Shown: positions 1 through 12,930 of the stretch, in pieces | How the letters are laid out: every line of letters starts with the position of its first letter | How positions within the stretch are numbered: the first letter of the stretch is position 1 | The notes under the pieces: model-generated | Seen by the model: the letters and a program-made list of their open reading frames with translations, nothing else | Told to the model about the DNA's origin: nothing | Databases searched by the model: none | Position numbers and translations under genes: made by a program | Assembly: GCA_903813345.2 (NCBI GenBank) | Contig: CAIIXF020000001.1 | Span: forward strand, 15,066,001-15,130,000 | Origin: Owenia fusiformis | Lineage: Eukaryota | Direction of reading: 5' to 3' | Length of the DNA: 64,000 nt

Positions 1-2529
1 ATGGGAGTCCTAGTGCAAAATATAGGGGAGAATAATAAAAGAACTGCGATATATCGAGGCTTTTGGTTGAAATCTCTGAAGATTTGCATCTTCTCACATC
101 TGGGGACCAAAACGCCGCTAAAAAGCAATGTCTGAGTGAAAGGTATTTCTGTAAAGGTTTTAATGGAACAAGTTTGAAGAAAAACGGTGTACTGTGAGAC
201 TCGCAACCATATAACTCCGAGTTATAATTTCTACGCCTTAATTCCCTGCGGCCTGTAAAAATCTGCAAACGCCGTACGGAGACCGCAAGGCGCCCGTAGT
301 TTTCCTACGCTCGCCGCAGAAATTCACTGATTTAATTGATCTGCGGTCGACTCATTTCTGAAGTTATGGTTGCTATGGTAACCTCAATAACGTCATAGCG
401 GGATAGGGCAATATTTGTGAAGTTTAAAATTAGTTCTCTTTCGGATATAATATCAAACCCCGTGTAATCTTTATTTATGGAGGAAATAAAGAAAATACAT
501 ATACACACGGTAGGGATTGTCATCACGTGACCTTCGCAGTTGATGGTGTCTGAACAAGATGTAAGATTTTCTCGATTAAGCAAGAAAAACGAATATTTTT
601 CATATTTATACTTTGTTAAATGCTTCAAATCTCTCCCCACTTGTGCATATTATCTCAGTCTCTCAAATGAACCTAAATTTACTAACAGAGTACGCATATT
701 TTTTGAGATATCACTGTTTTTTGTTTCGAAAAATGATGGTGTCCGAACAACTTTAAAATTCTGTATGATGGTATCTGTACATATTTTTAAATACACTACT
801 TGGATGGTAGTCCTCGTGTTTTCGTGTGTTATTTAAATATATATCCTTCTTTCCAATGTGTTGTAGCACTTGAACATGCTAATTTGGAAACTCTGTTTTC
901 CAAATCCAAAGAGAGGGGCATGTTATTTTATTTATTTTTATTCCAAATGCTATTGTTTAATTTTGGATTAAACCAAATCAACCTAGAATCGTGATGTTTG
1001 CCTGTTATCACTGCTATCCATTGGTTGAATTTCCAACGCTGAACGATTTGCAAATCATGTGTGGCACAATCATCCATCAGAGGAATTTAGATACATTGTG
1101 TATTGTCGCCAGAAGCTGGGCGATTGAGTCATTTGATCAAACGTTATCTATTCCATATTACAAATTAAAGATTGAATACTTGAATAAAACAAAATAAAAT
1201 GAGTTCCATCAATCGATTTAGACTGCCCAGGGATGGTATTATTCAGTAAAGCCTGCCACCCTTTGAGAGGCCAGAGAAGCTATGCAATATTGGTGATGTC
1301 ATTGGTTGTAAGTAGAAATCTGACCAATCAAAATACAGGATTTCGTGTGTCATTGTCCTGATTAAAGTGCTATGCAAAATTATTGCACATTAGTAGGGTC
1401 TAGCTTCTGCACTGAACCTCATACCCGCGTACATGGTAGTAATGTAGCCTAAATATTGCAATATAGTCACACCTTAAAGACGACTTCCTGGAAGTCCACA
1501 GCAAGTGAAAAACAATCTTAGTGAAGATTGCTTCTAGTGAACGAGCATTCAATAGATAAAGGATCCGTCATACTCAGTATATAAAAATGCCCCAAGGTCT
1601 CTCATAAGAGTCATAACCATTATGACATATAATATGGAATTTAGTGAGGAGTTAATTATGGCATAGTGTTCAGTTGCATCCTAAGTGTTATTGAGGTCAT
1701 AGTGACCTTGTAAAGGTCAAGTTGGTGCATATCTGAAAATTAAAGATTCTTGTGTACAAAATCATCATTTACAAAATTTAAAATGTGAAAATATGATTAA
1801 GAATGTTAAGAAATTTCAAATGAGCTGCTTCACTTTTACGGTGCTTCCGCAGGCTTAAGCCACACTAATTTCATCACTAAATTGTACCCTTGGTAATAAT
1901 GTTTATATTGAGGCATAAATAAGAGTGGCTTAGGCCCGCGGAGGCAATGAATCATTCAAATATATAGAACAGGCATTGAATTTGCTAACTTTATTTAACC
2001 AAAAATGCATACGTTTCTTCAGGTTCAACGAAGTTATAGGTCTTTAAAGTCAAAATTGTTTTCCAAAAAAACTGTCCCATTAAAATAACATAGGAGGCGA
2101 AAAATGATTTTCAAAAATTACTTTGAAGCTCTGTAGCTTTAGTGTTCATCAAGTAAACCGAACACTTAGTGTACAAAAAAGTTAGACAATTCAATTTTCT
2201 ATATAAAAATATTTTTTGCTAAATCTTTTACTGAATAGATATCCTGATTTCTGATTTGCCCCGAACCCGCCATTCCCTATTGGTTAACATGGGAATGACG
2301 ATTTTCAAAAATTCATCAAATTTACCATCAATTTTCGACCTATTGTAATTGAGGAAAAAAATTGAGAAAATTTGGAGGTATTGGAAGTAAAGTCAAATTA
2401 CGTTTCCGTTAATAGTAAAAGTATTTTCACCGCAGGTTAAGTAAATAAAAATTCAAAAGTAAAGAGGCTTTAACACGTAGTTCAATGGGGAGCAAATGTT
2501 GCCAAACTTATGGAGGGGAGTGTACATTT

Positions 2530-3790
2530 TTTTTTTTTTGGCAGTCATCTTGGACATCCATATAAATAAATTATTCAATGATTTTGTTCAGACAAAATTA
2601 AAATCATTGACCTCACAAATTAGAAATGATGTCCTAATTGCTCTATGTTTAGATCAAAAGTTACATATTCACTTCTGCAGCCATTTTGGCGGCCTTCTTG
2701 ATGTTCAAATGAAGGAATTATTTGATGACTTAGTTATTCATATAATTGAAATTCTTATCCCATTAAACTTGAACATGGTCTCCAAATTTGACTGTTCTTA
2801 ACTGTTCTATGAGCTTGAATCAATAGTTACATATTTGCTTTGGTACCAATTTGGTAGCCATCTTGGATTTCGATAAAAAGTAATTATTTGATAACTGAGA
2901 TTTAGACATAAATGAAATCCTTGGCCCCTACTAAATATTCATGGTCTACAAAATCACTGTTCACTGTTCTTTGACGGCTTAAATCAATAGTTACATATCC
3001 ATTTTGGTACCCATTTTGGTGGCCATCTTTGATTTCTATATAAAGTAATTGTTTGATGACTTGGATTTAGACATAATGAAATCCTTGACCGTAAAAACGT
3101 AGACATGGTCTCCAAAGTCACTGTTCTCAACTGTTCTTCTGAGTTAAATCAATATTTACATATTTGTTTCGGCACCCATTTTGGTGGCCATCTTGGATTT
3201 CTCTAAAAAGCTATTATTTGATGACTTCGATTTAGACATAAATGAAATCCTAGACCCCGAAAATGTATTAATGGGCTCCAAAATCAATGTTCTTAAGTGT
3301 TTTTTTAAGTTTAAATCAGAAGTTACATTTTCGTTTTGGCACCAATTTTGGTGGCCATTTTGGATTTCTATGAAAAGCAATTATTTAATGAGTCAAAGAT
3401 TTAGACATAAATAAAATCCTTGACCCTTAAAATATACACATGGGTTCCAAAATCACTGTTCTTGAGTGTTTTGAAGCCTAAATCAGAAGTTACATATTCG
3501 TTTTGGCACTCATTTTGTCGGCCATTTTGGAAATCTATGAAAAATAATTATTTGACAACTCAAAGCTTTAGACATAAATGAAATCCTTTACCCTTAAAAT
3601 GTAGACATGGGCTACAAATTCACTGTTCTTAAGTGTTTTCGAGTTTAAATCAATAGTTACAAATTCGTTTTGGCACCCATTTTGGCAGCCATCTCGGATT
3701 TCTATGAAAATCTATTATTTGATGACTCTGATTTAGACATAAATGAGATCCTTGACCCCTAAAACCCATACATAGATCCTACAATCACAG
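2530..3790. repeat. Diverged tandem array, about 165-bp unit, about 7-8 copies
   Basis: The motif ttttggtggccatcttggatttc...atttagacataaatgaaatccttgaccc recurs at about 165-bp spacing (e.g. 3019, 3184, 3350). Confidence 0.9.
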
Positions 3791-4214
3791 TTTTTGTATC
3801 TCGGTATCGTTAGATATACACAACCTACTTTTATATTGTAACTCACGCACCTAGCCATTTTGAAAAATGGGTGATAACACCTATTTAGCTACAACTGTTG
3901 CAATGCTATCGCATATTTTCTTACTCTAGAGGTTTTAACCGTCCCAAAAATCACCATGGTGATTATTCCCCTAACTTGATACCGATAACCTAAATTTTGG
4001 AGCGAAGCTGATGGCCTAAACAGCCCCCATAGACAAGCTTCCGAACCCCGTTTTATATTTTCCTTCCGCATTTTACCCCTCATATTCCTTCCTTTCTATT
4101 CCTTCTACCACCTCAATACGAATGAGTCCGTATTATCCTTTCAGACAGTTTTACGGACCCGGCCCCACTTATATATTTTCCCCTCTTCCCTCCTTCCATC
4201 CCATAGCCAATTAA

Positions 4215-4829
4215 CCCTCTCCTGACGTGAATATAAGAGCAAAATGTTGGCCTGGTGACGGATAAGTAAGAATGGTTTTAAGGGAAAAACTGCAAATTAC
4301 CTATTCCCCGGGACCTTTACCTTGAATTTATCAATGAAATATAATTTTTAGTAAGGATTATCACATTCATCTTGTTAAAATTTGGTGTAAAAATACTGAA
4401 TAGAACTGGTATATAAAAACAATGGTGCCAAAAGGAACCTATCGTCTTGAATGGTATTTAAGAAATATAGACCGAAAAGCAGGGGTTATATTGTCGAATA
4501 CACCCCGCAGGACTAGGCACAAACGTTTTCTGTTCGAAAGCTTTTGTGCCTAGCCCTAAGGGGTGTATTCAACGATATCACCCCTGCTCTGAGGTCTATA
4601 TTACGATTCGAACATGAAAACTCACCAAAATGTTTCGAATATTCATCATGGTCCGCCATTACTACGACCCACCGTTATGACGTCACACATTACACGTACT
4701 ACCAGGGGTATTGATCGCGAATATATCCCGGTGAAACGTTGACTTTGTTTACAGTTTATAGAAGGCGTGAATACAGTCATGTTCGAATTCATAATAGGGC
4801 TCCATATGGAGCCTATCGTCATGAAAGGG
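4215..4829. mobile_element. piggyBac-like MITE (TTAA TSD) with an internal fold-back at about 4466-4602
   Basis: TTAA|CCCTCTCCTGACG ... CGTCATGAAAGGG|TTAA. Confidence 0.75.
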
Positions 4830-4850
4830 TTAATAGGTTTACAATATTAC

Positions 4851-7800
4851 CCTTTTCACAGATGTATCGATAGGCAGTTGAACAACCGCGATCCTTCCAA
4901 TATCCACCGCTTAACACAACGCTTGCACAGGTGCCAGGCTCATTCGGGCCCATAGCAGACCAGCTGGAAGCGAATTAAAAGAATATCAAATTGTAGCGTT
5001 TCCACTTGTTTGATTCCACTTCTTTAAAATGTAAGTTTATCTCACGAGCTAGGCTCTAATCATCAGGATTAATCTAAGTCTGTGTTGCGGCGCAAGTATA
5101 TAATATGTTGCATAATATTTGATAAGTTTTCCCCCTAGGTATCATGAAAAAGAACAATGAGCCAATGCGTTGCAAATTACATGCTCACACGATTTCATCA
5201 AAATCAGCCGCGTCTGCCCGTTGCTAGTGCACCGCAGGAGTTCGACTTCAATAAACAGCGGTATCTTTTAAAAGGATTATTTGAGTGTATGTGCGCTATT
5301 TTTGTTGAAAACACACGAGCATGTAATTTGCACTGCATGGCTTATTGCTCTTTTAGTGGTGCCTGGAGAGAAACCTCGTTAAAATATTACGCAATTCACT
5401 AGCACCGCGAGCATACAAAACTACAGTTTCAGAGTGATTAAGAGTACTTCAATACTTAGAGAAAGCAATGTTTCGAGATTAAAAGTCCTGGTTAAAAGTA
5501 TCTTGAATTACTCACTCTGAATAATATGACTGACCGGGTACCGGGTTGCCAATTGTCCCGTCCACCCAGTAGAAGTTCGAGAGGCTTGATCCCATGTAGA
5601 GTCCTATGAGATGGTCATAAAAACTACTCACGCTGAAAATATTAGTACCAGCACACCGGAATAGCCTGACAACGGTAAAGTCAGGTATACCGTTGTCACA
5701 TATGGCGGACATAATCGTCGCTTCAATTAGATTTTCATGAACTGTATGTTTAATAGAGCACCTAGACTAAATTCCTTTGGAACAACAATCAAGCAAAGTG
5801 TCTTAATATTCATTACACAGTTACATATGTAATAATGTTTTACCATCGAAATGAAGTCTTTAATTTAAGGGATCAAAATGAGATACGGGACAACGGCCAC
5901 TGTAATTATTACCATATGCCATTGTCTTTTTAAATTACTCAAATTCAGATTCTGTTTTGTTGTCATTGACGATATCGGAGACGCTATATTGTGGCAATTC
6001 ACGACCCAATAGTATAGTTTCCATATAGCTTTTGAAATCTCGCTAAATCTCGTTTTTCGTGAGATTTTAAGAGACTTGCATATTAGACCTCTAATGACTT
6101 ACATTACCTTCTTTTAAATGGTATATTTGAATTCAGTGGAATGTTTTCTCCTAAAATAGCTTTGATTTACACAGTTATGTAATTTGAATAATTTTCTATG
6201 ACAATTTAAAAAAAGTTGGGCCAAATGTCCATAGATGCAATGCTAAAATTCTTTAAAACCGTGGATTATTTGTATGTCAATCTACATTAGCATGTTTAAT
6301 CACAACGTGTTCATAAACAGGGTCATCATGTGGTATATCATTCAAGTTTTATACAGATTCAACAAACACACTTTGATAAATCATGAAATTAAGCCACTTT
6401 TCCAAGATTTTAGCATGTAAGTGAATGGAGCTCTAACCAGAGTTAAAAGCTGAATAAAAGATGGCAGCACGAGATTTCATTGATTTTTCTGCTAATTAGA
6501 AACTATCCTATTTGATAGAAATTGAGATTTCATATGAAACATCATCACAATAGCTTAATACGTGCACAGGATTAGTGACGATAAAATCCCATGAAATGAA
6601 GTGATTGACGGTTATGTCCGTCATTTGTGACAACGGTATCTGACTTTACAGTTGTCAGGCTATTCCGGTGTGACCAGGGGATATTTCGGTTAGTATTTGA
6701 AGAATAATTGCAGGGTATTTGCAGATACATTAATATCACGTCAATTAAACATAGGTTCGCTAATAGCTATATCTATATCTATGTTAAAGAATGTGGGATC
6801 GATCGTGGACAAAAAGCTGACATCATTATTTGTGATCTCTTCTGAACCTGCTTTGAACAGAATAGCAAGATAATAAAATATAAAACTAAACAAGCAAAGT
6901 TATAATTCACCAATATAAAGCAAATTATGGGGTTATGAATAGATCATGATCTACAAATGTGATTTCTAGAGTAACACGAAATAACATAAAGGCACACGAA
7001 GCACTTATATGTTAGCTCTTTGGTAAAATATAATTTTCTGGATCATTCTGAACAATAGAACAACACATTTACAATGCAAACTCCGAATAACACAATACAA
7101 TGACGTAAAAATATGAACTTAAATCAAGACGCAGAAGACCCAAAGGTGATCCAATTCTCACCTTGTGATGGCAACCATTTGTTTTAGAAGCAAGTATCTC
7201 TCTCAACAATAGAAATATCAATCTTATGACCCAAACAATTACTGCAGGTGAAACATCTGAATTATATGATTACTTAATACGAAATGTCATAATGATTTCT
7301 ATAATCAGAATATATAAAACATGTGTATCAGAAGTCATGATATATGTTACTTTAAAAACACTATTATAAAGACAGTAGTTTTACAATAAGGTTTTACTCA
7401 CTGTCCATCTATAAAGGCCATCTCTGCCGAGTCTCCTATACTGACTAAGTTGGCATCTTGATTAACACATATAGCTTGGGCGGAGTCTCTCTTTTGAAGA
7501 TCATTGCTGACGACCAAGTATTGGTGCCCAGTATTTGGATCAGTCACCCAACCATTGCATATCTTCATGGAAAACGTACCTTTTAAAATAAAAGGATGGT
7601 GTTCTATAATACTAAATGTGAGAAGAAATAATCTTGATTTACGTCATTAAATATTCAAAAGGTCTATGTTTTAGACAGTCATTTTTAACCATGAGTACTT
7701 TCTGGGCATAAATAAAGTGTTTTCTTTATCAAAACAATATGTTTTCTTTCAAGTGAAGTACCCATAATGATAAAAATATCAATCGAACAATTCAAAAAAT

Positions 7801-10766
7801 TATGGATAGGGACCCCCTGTCAACATTTTTTTCAAAATGTTGAAAAAATTTTCAAAAGAGGATCTTTTTCTGTTTTTTATTGCATGAAAAGATTATTCAA
7901 CAAGGGGTCTAAAACTTCTTCAAAAGTAGAATGGTATTGAAAGTCTAGTTTTGAAGATATCCATTTTTTATGACCAAAATTATGCTTAAAACAATGGATA
8001 GCACGAGTTTTCCCTATGAAAAAATAACATGGGAAATATGGTTTTTAACTTTAACGCATTTCAATACGCATCGGAAATATGCTTTTCAGAAATTGTTAAT
8101 GTAGTGTTGAAGAAACTTTTGATATGTTTAAATTGAGAAAAATAAGATCGTCTTTTTGGAAAATGAGCCTAACATCAGAGATTTTGATTAATAGTTTACT
8201 TTCATGGGGACTCTACTTGAAAGAAAATATAATTGCTTTAATAAAAACCGCTGTATTGATGGCCAGAAAGTACCCATGTTGAAAGATATGACCATCTAAA
8301 ATCACTAGCCATACTGCACACGGACCTTTAGTTAAGGAAAGCATCAAAAGTTCGATGTCGGATCAAAAACTATATATTTAGCAGTTATGTCCCTATCATT
8401 GAATATATGCCTGAGGTCTGTCACCAATATAGCCCGAGCTTGCGAGGGTTATATTACGACAGACCGAAGGCATATATTCAATGATACGGACATAACTGTT
8501 GTATTACATACTTTTATATCATGGCTACGTTATATCAATGACGCCACGTGTCTGTGTGCGAGTGAAATTAGGAATAAATGAAACATGACGTCCCGATGAC
8601 GTCATAAGATTGTCATGGTAAAAGGTTTGGCGGCTATACAGGAATATATAGCCGACCTTCAGCTCCATTGACTTCAATACAAATGCTTCGCTGGGTATGT
8701 AATACATATATATATATATAGTTAGGGGGGAGGGGGTTCAAAGCCATTTCAGTTTGCTATCCGACAAATCTCAAAATTCCATTTTTTTTAGGATAGGAAT
8801 TAACAAAAACTAGAAAGTTTTCAAATTCTCAAACCGGAAGTCAGCGATCAACTTTCATGGTAATTAGTTTGCTTTTTTTTGGGGGGGGGGTCAGATTTAT
8901 TTAGTTTTCTGTTCCGACATCGAACGTTTGATGCCTCCCCTTAAAAGGGATATCATATTTGAAATGTAAAATTACATCTAGAAATGTGTTTTTGAAAAGT
9001 GTTTATCAACTTTGGAAATTTAATCTTCTTTGAAAATGTAACTTCTAGGTCGGGGAGATTCACCATAGACCCCATTTTACAAAGTCACAAAAGGTGAAAT
9101 ATCTTTTCTTGTGTTGAGCAGATAATATTTTCTTTAACTGGACATATTTTCGTTTTTATAATTATCAGACACATAAGGGTTATATGAAAATGTTTATATA
9201 CCTGCCATGTTAATTAACCCAAACCAGTCACCTGGTGGTGAAACTGGTAACTACCTACTCGCATCTGGGTAATTAATTCCCTGGAATGTCTTTATGGTAG
9301 TGCATAAAATATAAACACGCAAGGTGTAAATTTCGCATAACAATCTATGCATTTGAAGTGACTACCAAGAATAGAAAATAGTGGAAAGTACGTTTCGAAA
9401 CTTGTTACAAATTGACAACAAATCCCTAGTTTTTCAATAAAGTTAGGTTAACCAAAGAGTTTTTCAAAATCTTTGGTTAACGCCACATTGTGGAAAAGAT
9501 GGTGGCTGTCAATTTATAATTAAACGCTGCAGCGTTGTACTTGGAACATCACGAACGTATTACAAGGTAATGCCGGAAAACTACAAAACGTTTTTACTGA
9601 ATAGAATTTCACCTCCTGTTTTCCGAAAGAAAATACTCTTGACGTGTACAGACCTGGGAACAATTCGAGAAATACGGGAAAATGTCTCATATAAGTGTTA
9701 GTCCCCGCGTTATCAATAAAACTAACCATGTGTTTCATGTTTTTTGTGTTTTAAAGTACTCTTCATGCGCATTTTAGTGATACTAATTTTTCTTGAAAAA
9801 TTTGATCTACCATTTTTAGGATTAAATATATCCCAACATCGCAAAATTTGTTGTAAGACGTAACACTTTACCCCTGCACTGCTAGTTTAAATAGACTAGA
9901 TGCGAGAAGAAATAATCTTTACTTACGTCATTAAATATTCAAAATTCAGTCAAAGTGATATCATATTTGAAATCTACATGTAAAAGTACATCTAGAAATA
10001 TGGTTTCGAAAATTGTTTATCAACTTTGAAAATTTAATTTTTTTTGAAAAAGTGACTTCTAGTTCGGGTTGATTCCCCATAGACCCCATTTTACAAAATC
10101 ACAAAAAGTGAAATAGTTTTTCTTGTATTAGACAGATAACATTTTCATTTACTGGAGAAATCTTAATTTGCATAACTATTAGATACATAATAAGGGTGAT
10201 ATGAAAATCGAACCACTAAAACAGATTTAATTTAAGTTAAAGGGAACTTTCTACTATACCCGCCATGCTATCTGACCCGAACGAGCCACCTAGTGGTGCA
10301 ACTGGTAACTACCTACTCGCATGTGCGTTATTGGGATACCTTTTTTATTTAGAACACATTTAAATTTTGTGCGAAAATGCGCAGCGCGCACATAAAATGT
10401 TACGAGTGACGCCGTTTTTAACATTTTGATCAAGTAGAACGCTCTAAAATCTCTTATAGAATAAAATATATACTTGAGATTTTAGAATCATATAGCATCA
10501 TTATGAAGATTTTGGTAGAAACAGTAACATTAATGTTCGTTCCGCATACTATTCCAGTATTTACATGTTAATAACGCCAATACGTCAAAAATTGAAACAT
10601 ACCCCAGTATTGAACTTTGGTTCTATATTATTGCGTTTTCGGGTACATTTTATCAATTATTATAAAAATTTGGAAATCTGAAATACTTACATAAAATAAT
10701 TAATATGTTAGTTATCTTCCAATCAAATGCGACAAACGCAGATTTTTCCATGTTCAGTATTGTCAT
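4851..10766 (-). CDS. Secreted C-type lectin domain protein. Coding exons 10766-10691, 7579-7402, 5632-5516, 4963-4851. The 3' end is unresolved; a further exon may start at 549.
   Basis: GT-AG exons join in phase (1,2,2) to give MTILNMEKSAFVAFDWKITNILIILCTFSMKICNGWVTDPNTGHQYLVVSNDLQKRDSAQAICVNQDANLVSIGDSAEMAFIDGHVSSFYDHLIGLYMGSSLSNFYWVDGTIGNPVPGQSYYSDWSAMGPNEPGTCASVVLSGGYWKDRGCSTAYRYICEK. It has the four CTLD cysteines, LVSIxxxxExxFI, a WIGL-like LIGL, FxWxDG, a WND-like WKD and YICEK. Exon 1 is the least certain. Confidence 0.85.
5652..6672. mobile_element. Non-autonomous DNA transposon with CAC termini and a 5-bp TSD (Transib-like)
   Basis: TIRs of about 66 bp begin CACACCGGAATAGCCTGACAAC at both ends. 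Exact flanking ACCAG at 5647-5651 and 6673-6677. Confidence 0.85.
7686..8283. mobile_element. MITE with short TIRs, TTAA-like flanks
   Basis: ttaaccatgagtactttctgg ... ccagaaagtacccatgttgaa. Confidence 0.55.
8332..8944. mobile_element. MITE with about 30-bp TIRs, containing a nested fold-back at 8381-8498
   Basis: ttaaggaaagcatcaaaagttcgatgtcgga ... tccgacatcgaacgtttgatgcctccccttaa. Confidence 0.65.
8949..10325 (+). repeat. Direct repeat pair (about 8949-9265 and 9957-10325); partial copies near 7600 and 61335-61440
   Basis: Colinear from gatatcatatttgaaat to actggtaactacctactcgcat. Confidence 0.8.
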
Positions 10767-11219
10767 TAAACAAATGTTTATCTATGTACATTCAGTCAAA
10801 TCCTTAATGAAACAAAAATCACACATCGAACCGATTTTAAAGTGAGATGCGCAGTAACTAATAGTTACTGTCGTTTATACAATCATGTAGTTCATGGTAT
10901 CACCCTTTTGTACTCGTATATGATCAATCCATTGTTTATACTTACCTTACGGAACCGATAATCAAGTCACGATCAAAATAATTTTAGTCATATCCTCAAT
11001 ACAAGGCGTTCAATAAGTTTTGATAAAAAGGCTGTAATTTTATATTTCTGATTATCTTTTCAGCTGCGTAATGTTTTGAGGTAGTGTTACAGTTTCAAAA
11101 GTCTACATGTTTGAGAAAGTGCAGGTATGGTGGAGATTCAAGTATACATCAAAAATTGACAAATGTCATATGGAGGGGTATGTGATGTTATCTTGCAAGA
11201 GCATGAGTATGACAATTTC

Positions 11220-11700
11220 ATTGTCTATGCCACATCTGCCACCCCTTATTCCAATAGCACCTTTGCCCCGTGCACTGACTTTTGCAATGTTTTAACGCTT
11301 GGTCCTGAGCTGATTTTGCCCCACTTTGTGAAAGCAATTTTTATTCGGTCAACCATGACGCCATGTCAATAAATGACGTAACATTGCAGAGAGGAGAAAT
11401 TTGGCTTTCTGGAACATTGAATGAAAAGGATGCAGTCATCACTGCTAGTTTCTTCCAAGAGTCTGTGGTTCTGTGCACTGACTTTTACGATGTTTATAAC
11501 TTGGTCCCAAGCTAATTTTGGCCAACTTTACAAAAGGAATGATTATTCGCCCAAACATGACCCAATGCCAATGAATGAAATACCATTGGAAGGAGGTGAC
11601 GCATGGCTTTATGGTACACCAGATTAAAGCAATGATGCTTTCACCAGTTTTATGCTATTCAGAGATAACAGTCTGTTTCAATTTTTTTAATACGCTCTGT
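11220..11700 (+). repeat. Dispersed repeat; second copy at about 32147-32615
   Basis: Both loci share gtctatgccaca...ttccaatagc...ctgacttttgcaatgttt...gagataacaRtctgtt. Confidence 0.8.
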
Positions 11701-12673
11701 ATATTACGGATAAGCAAGGATATACTTACGAGGGCCAATCATATTATTTGAATAATGGTCAATAACGTTTTTGAAGTGTTCTAAACGTGCAACATTATAA
11801 GTCATTGAATGATTTGAAGTGCAATACAGGATATATTCTGCTCGAGAAATTCTGCATTGGAACGAGACGAAGTCGAGTGTCAATACAGAATATCGAGGCA
11901 GAATGTATCCTGTATTGCACTTCAAATCATTCAATAACGTTTTTATCGTGTGATCTTATGTCAGTACATTTTACTTGGGAGATAATCCCTAAAAAATATT
12001 CTGTATTGCTACTGAGATTGTCCCCTCAGTACCAATATTTTCTGTATTACTACGGAGAAGAATGGGGACAATCTCAGTAGCAATACAGATTGATACAGTA
12101 CAAGAACTGACCAATCAAAGGGCTTCATATACGGTAATATCGCATAATGGGACATTGAACCAGGAATTAAACAAGGTTATTCAAACTAGCTCATCAATAT
12201 TCAAGCCAATCAATAGGGAAGTTCAGTTATTTGAAATAAAACGTGAACCTGAACGTCGATACTCATATGTCATATTGATTTATTTGCGATGTTGAATTCT
12301 TGACTAAATTGCCATATTTACTTAACCCTATCAATGCTACAAAAAGCAAAATATCTCATTTTGCTGCTAATTCAAGAGTGAAGACTTTTCATGGTAAATA
12401 TGGCAATTGAGTCAATATTATATTTGATCAGAGACAAATAAAACATATCTCTGATTGAATGCAGGTTCATACCATCCCAAGTAAATTGTGCACCACACCA
12501 TACAAAACGTATATGTCTACAAGACAGAATTATGTAAAGAAATTGTTAAGTTTTCCTTTCAATAGAAAATACTTATCACCCTTTATAAAGTATAACAATT
12601 TTAATTTATCAAGGTTTATATCAAGTACATGCATAAAAAGTCTGTTTAAACAATAAAAATTCAACAAGAATTG

Positions 12674-12858
12674 CTTGCTGCCCGTAGCCAGCTTTTACCA
12701 GGAGGGGGAGCTTTTTCCTAGGGGGGAGCTTTTTTACAATTTTGGCTAAAAAGCTAAAAAATTCTCAGAATGGTGAAAAACTGCATGATTTTGAAAGAAT
12801 TTCTGGCCAGGGGGGGGAGCTTCCGCTCCCTCAGCTCCCTAAACTGGCTACGGGCCTG
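12674..12858. mobile_element. Short MITE of the (CAG)GCCCGTA-ended type with a 5-bp TSD
   Basis: TIR gcccgtagccag / ctggctacgggc(ctg). AATTG flanks both sides (12669-12673 and 12859-12863). The left terminus is slightly damaged. Confidence 0.7.
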
Positions 12859-12930
12859 AATTGTACGTACAATTTTCTTTTCAACTTCTCCATTGATTTA
12901 TTAGATAAATTGAAACAAACATTTGAATTT

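Noticed and set aside
2496-3414. ORFs within the 165-bp array, and similar ORFs in MITEs at 31577-31922 and 61579-62314
   Set aside because: They are chance open frames in repeats and are not maintained between repeat copies.
7162-7210. Possible extra lectin micro-exon (donor AAG|GTGAGA)
   Set aside because: There is no good acceptor, and the flanking exons already join in phase into a normal CTLD.
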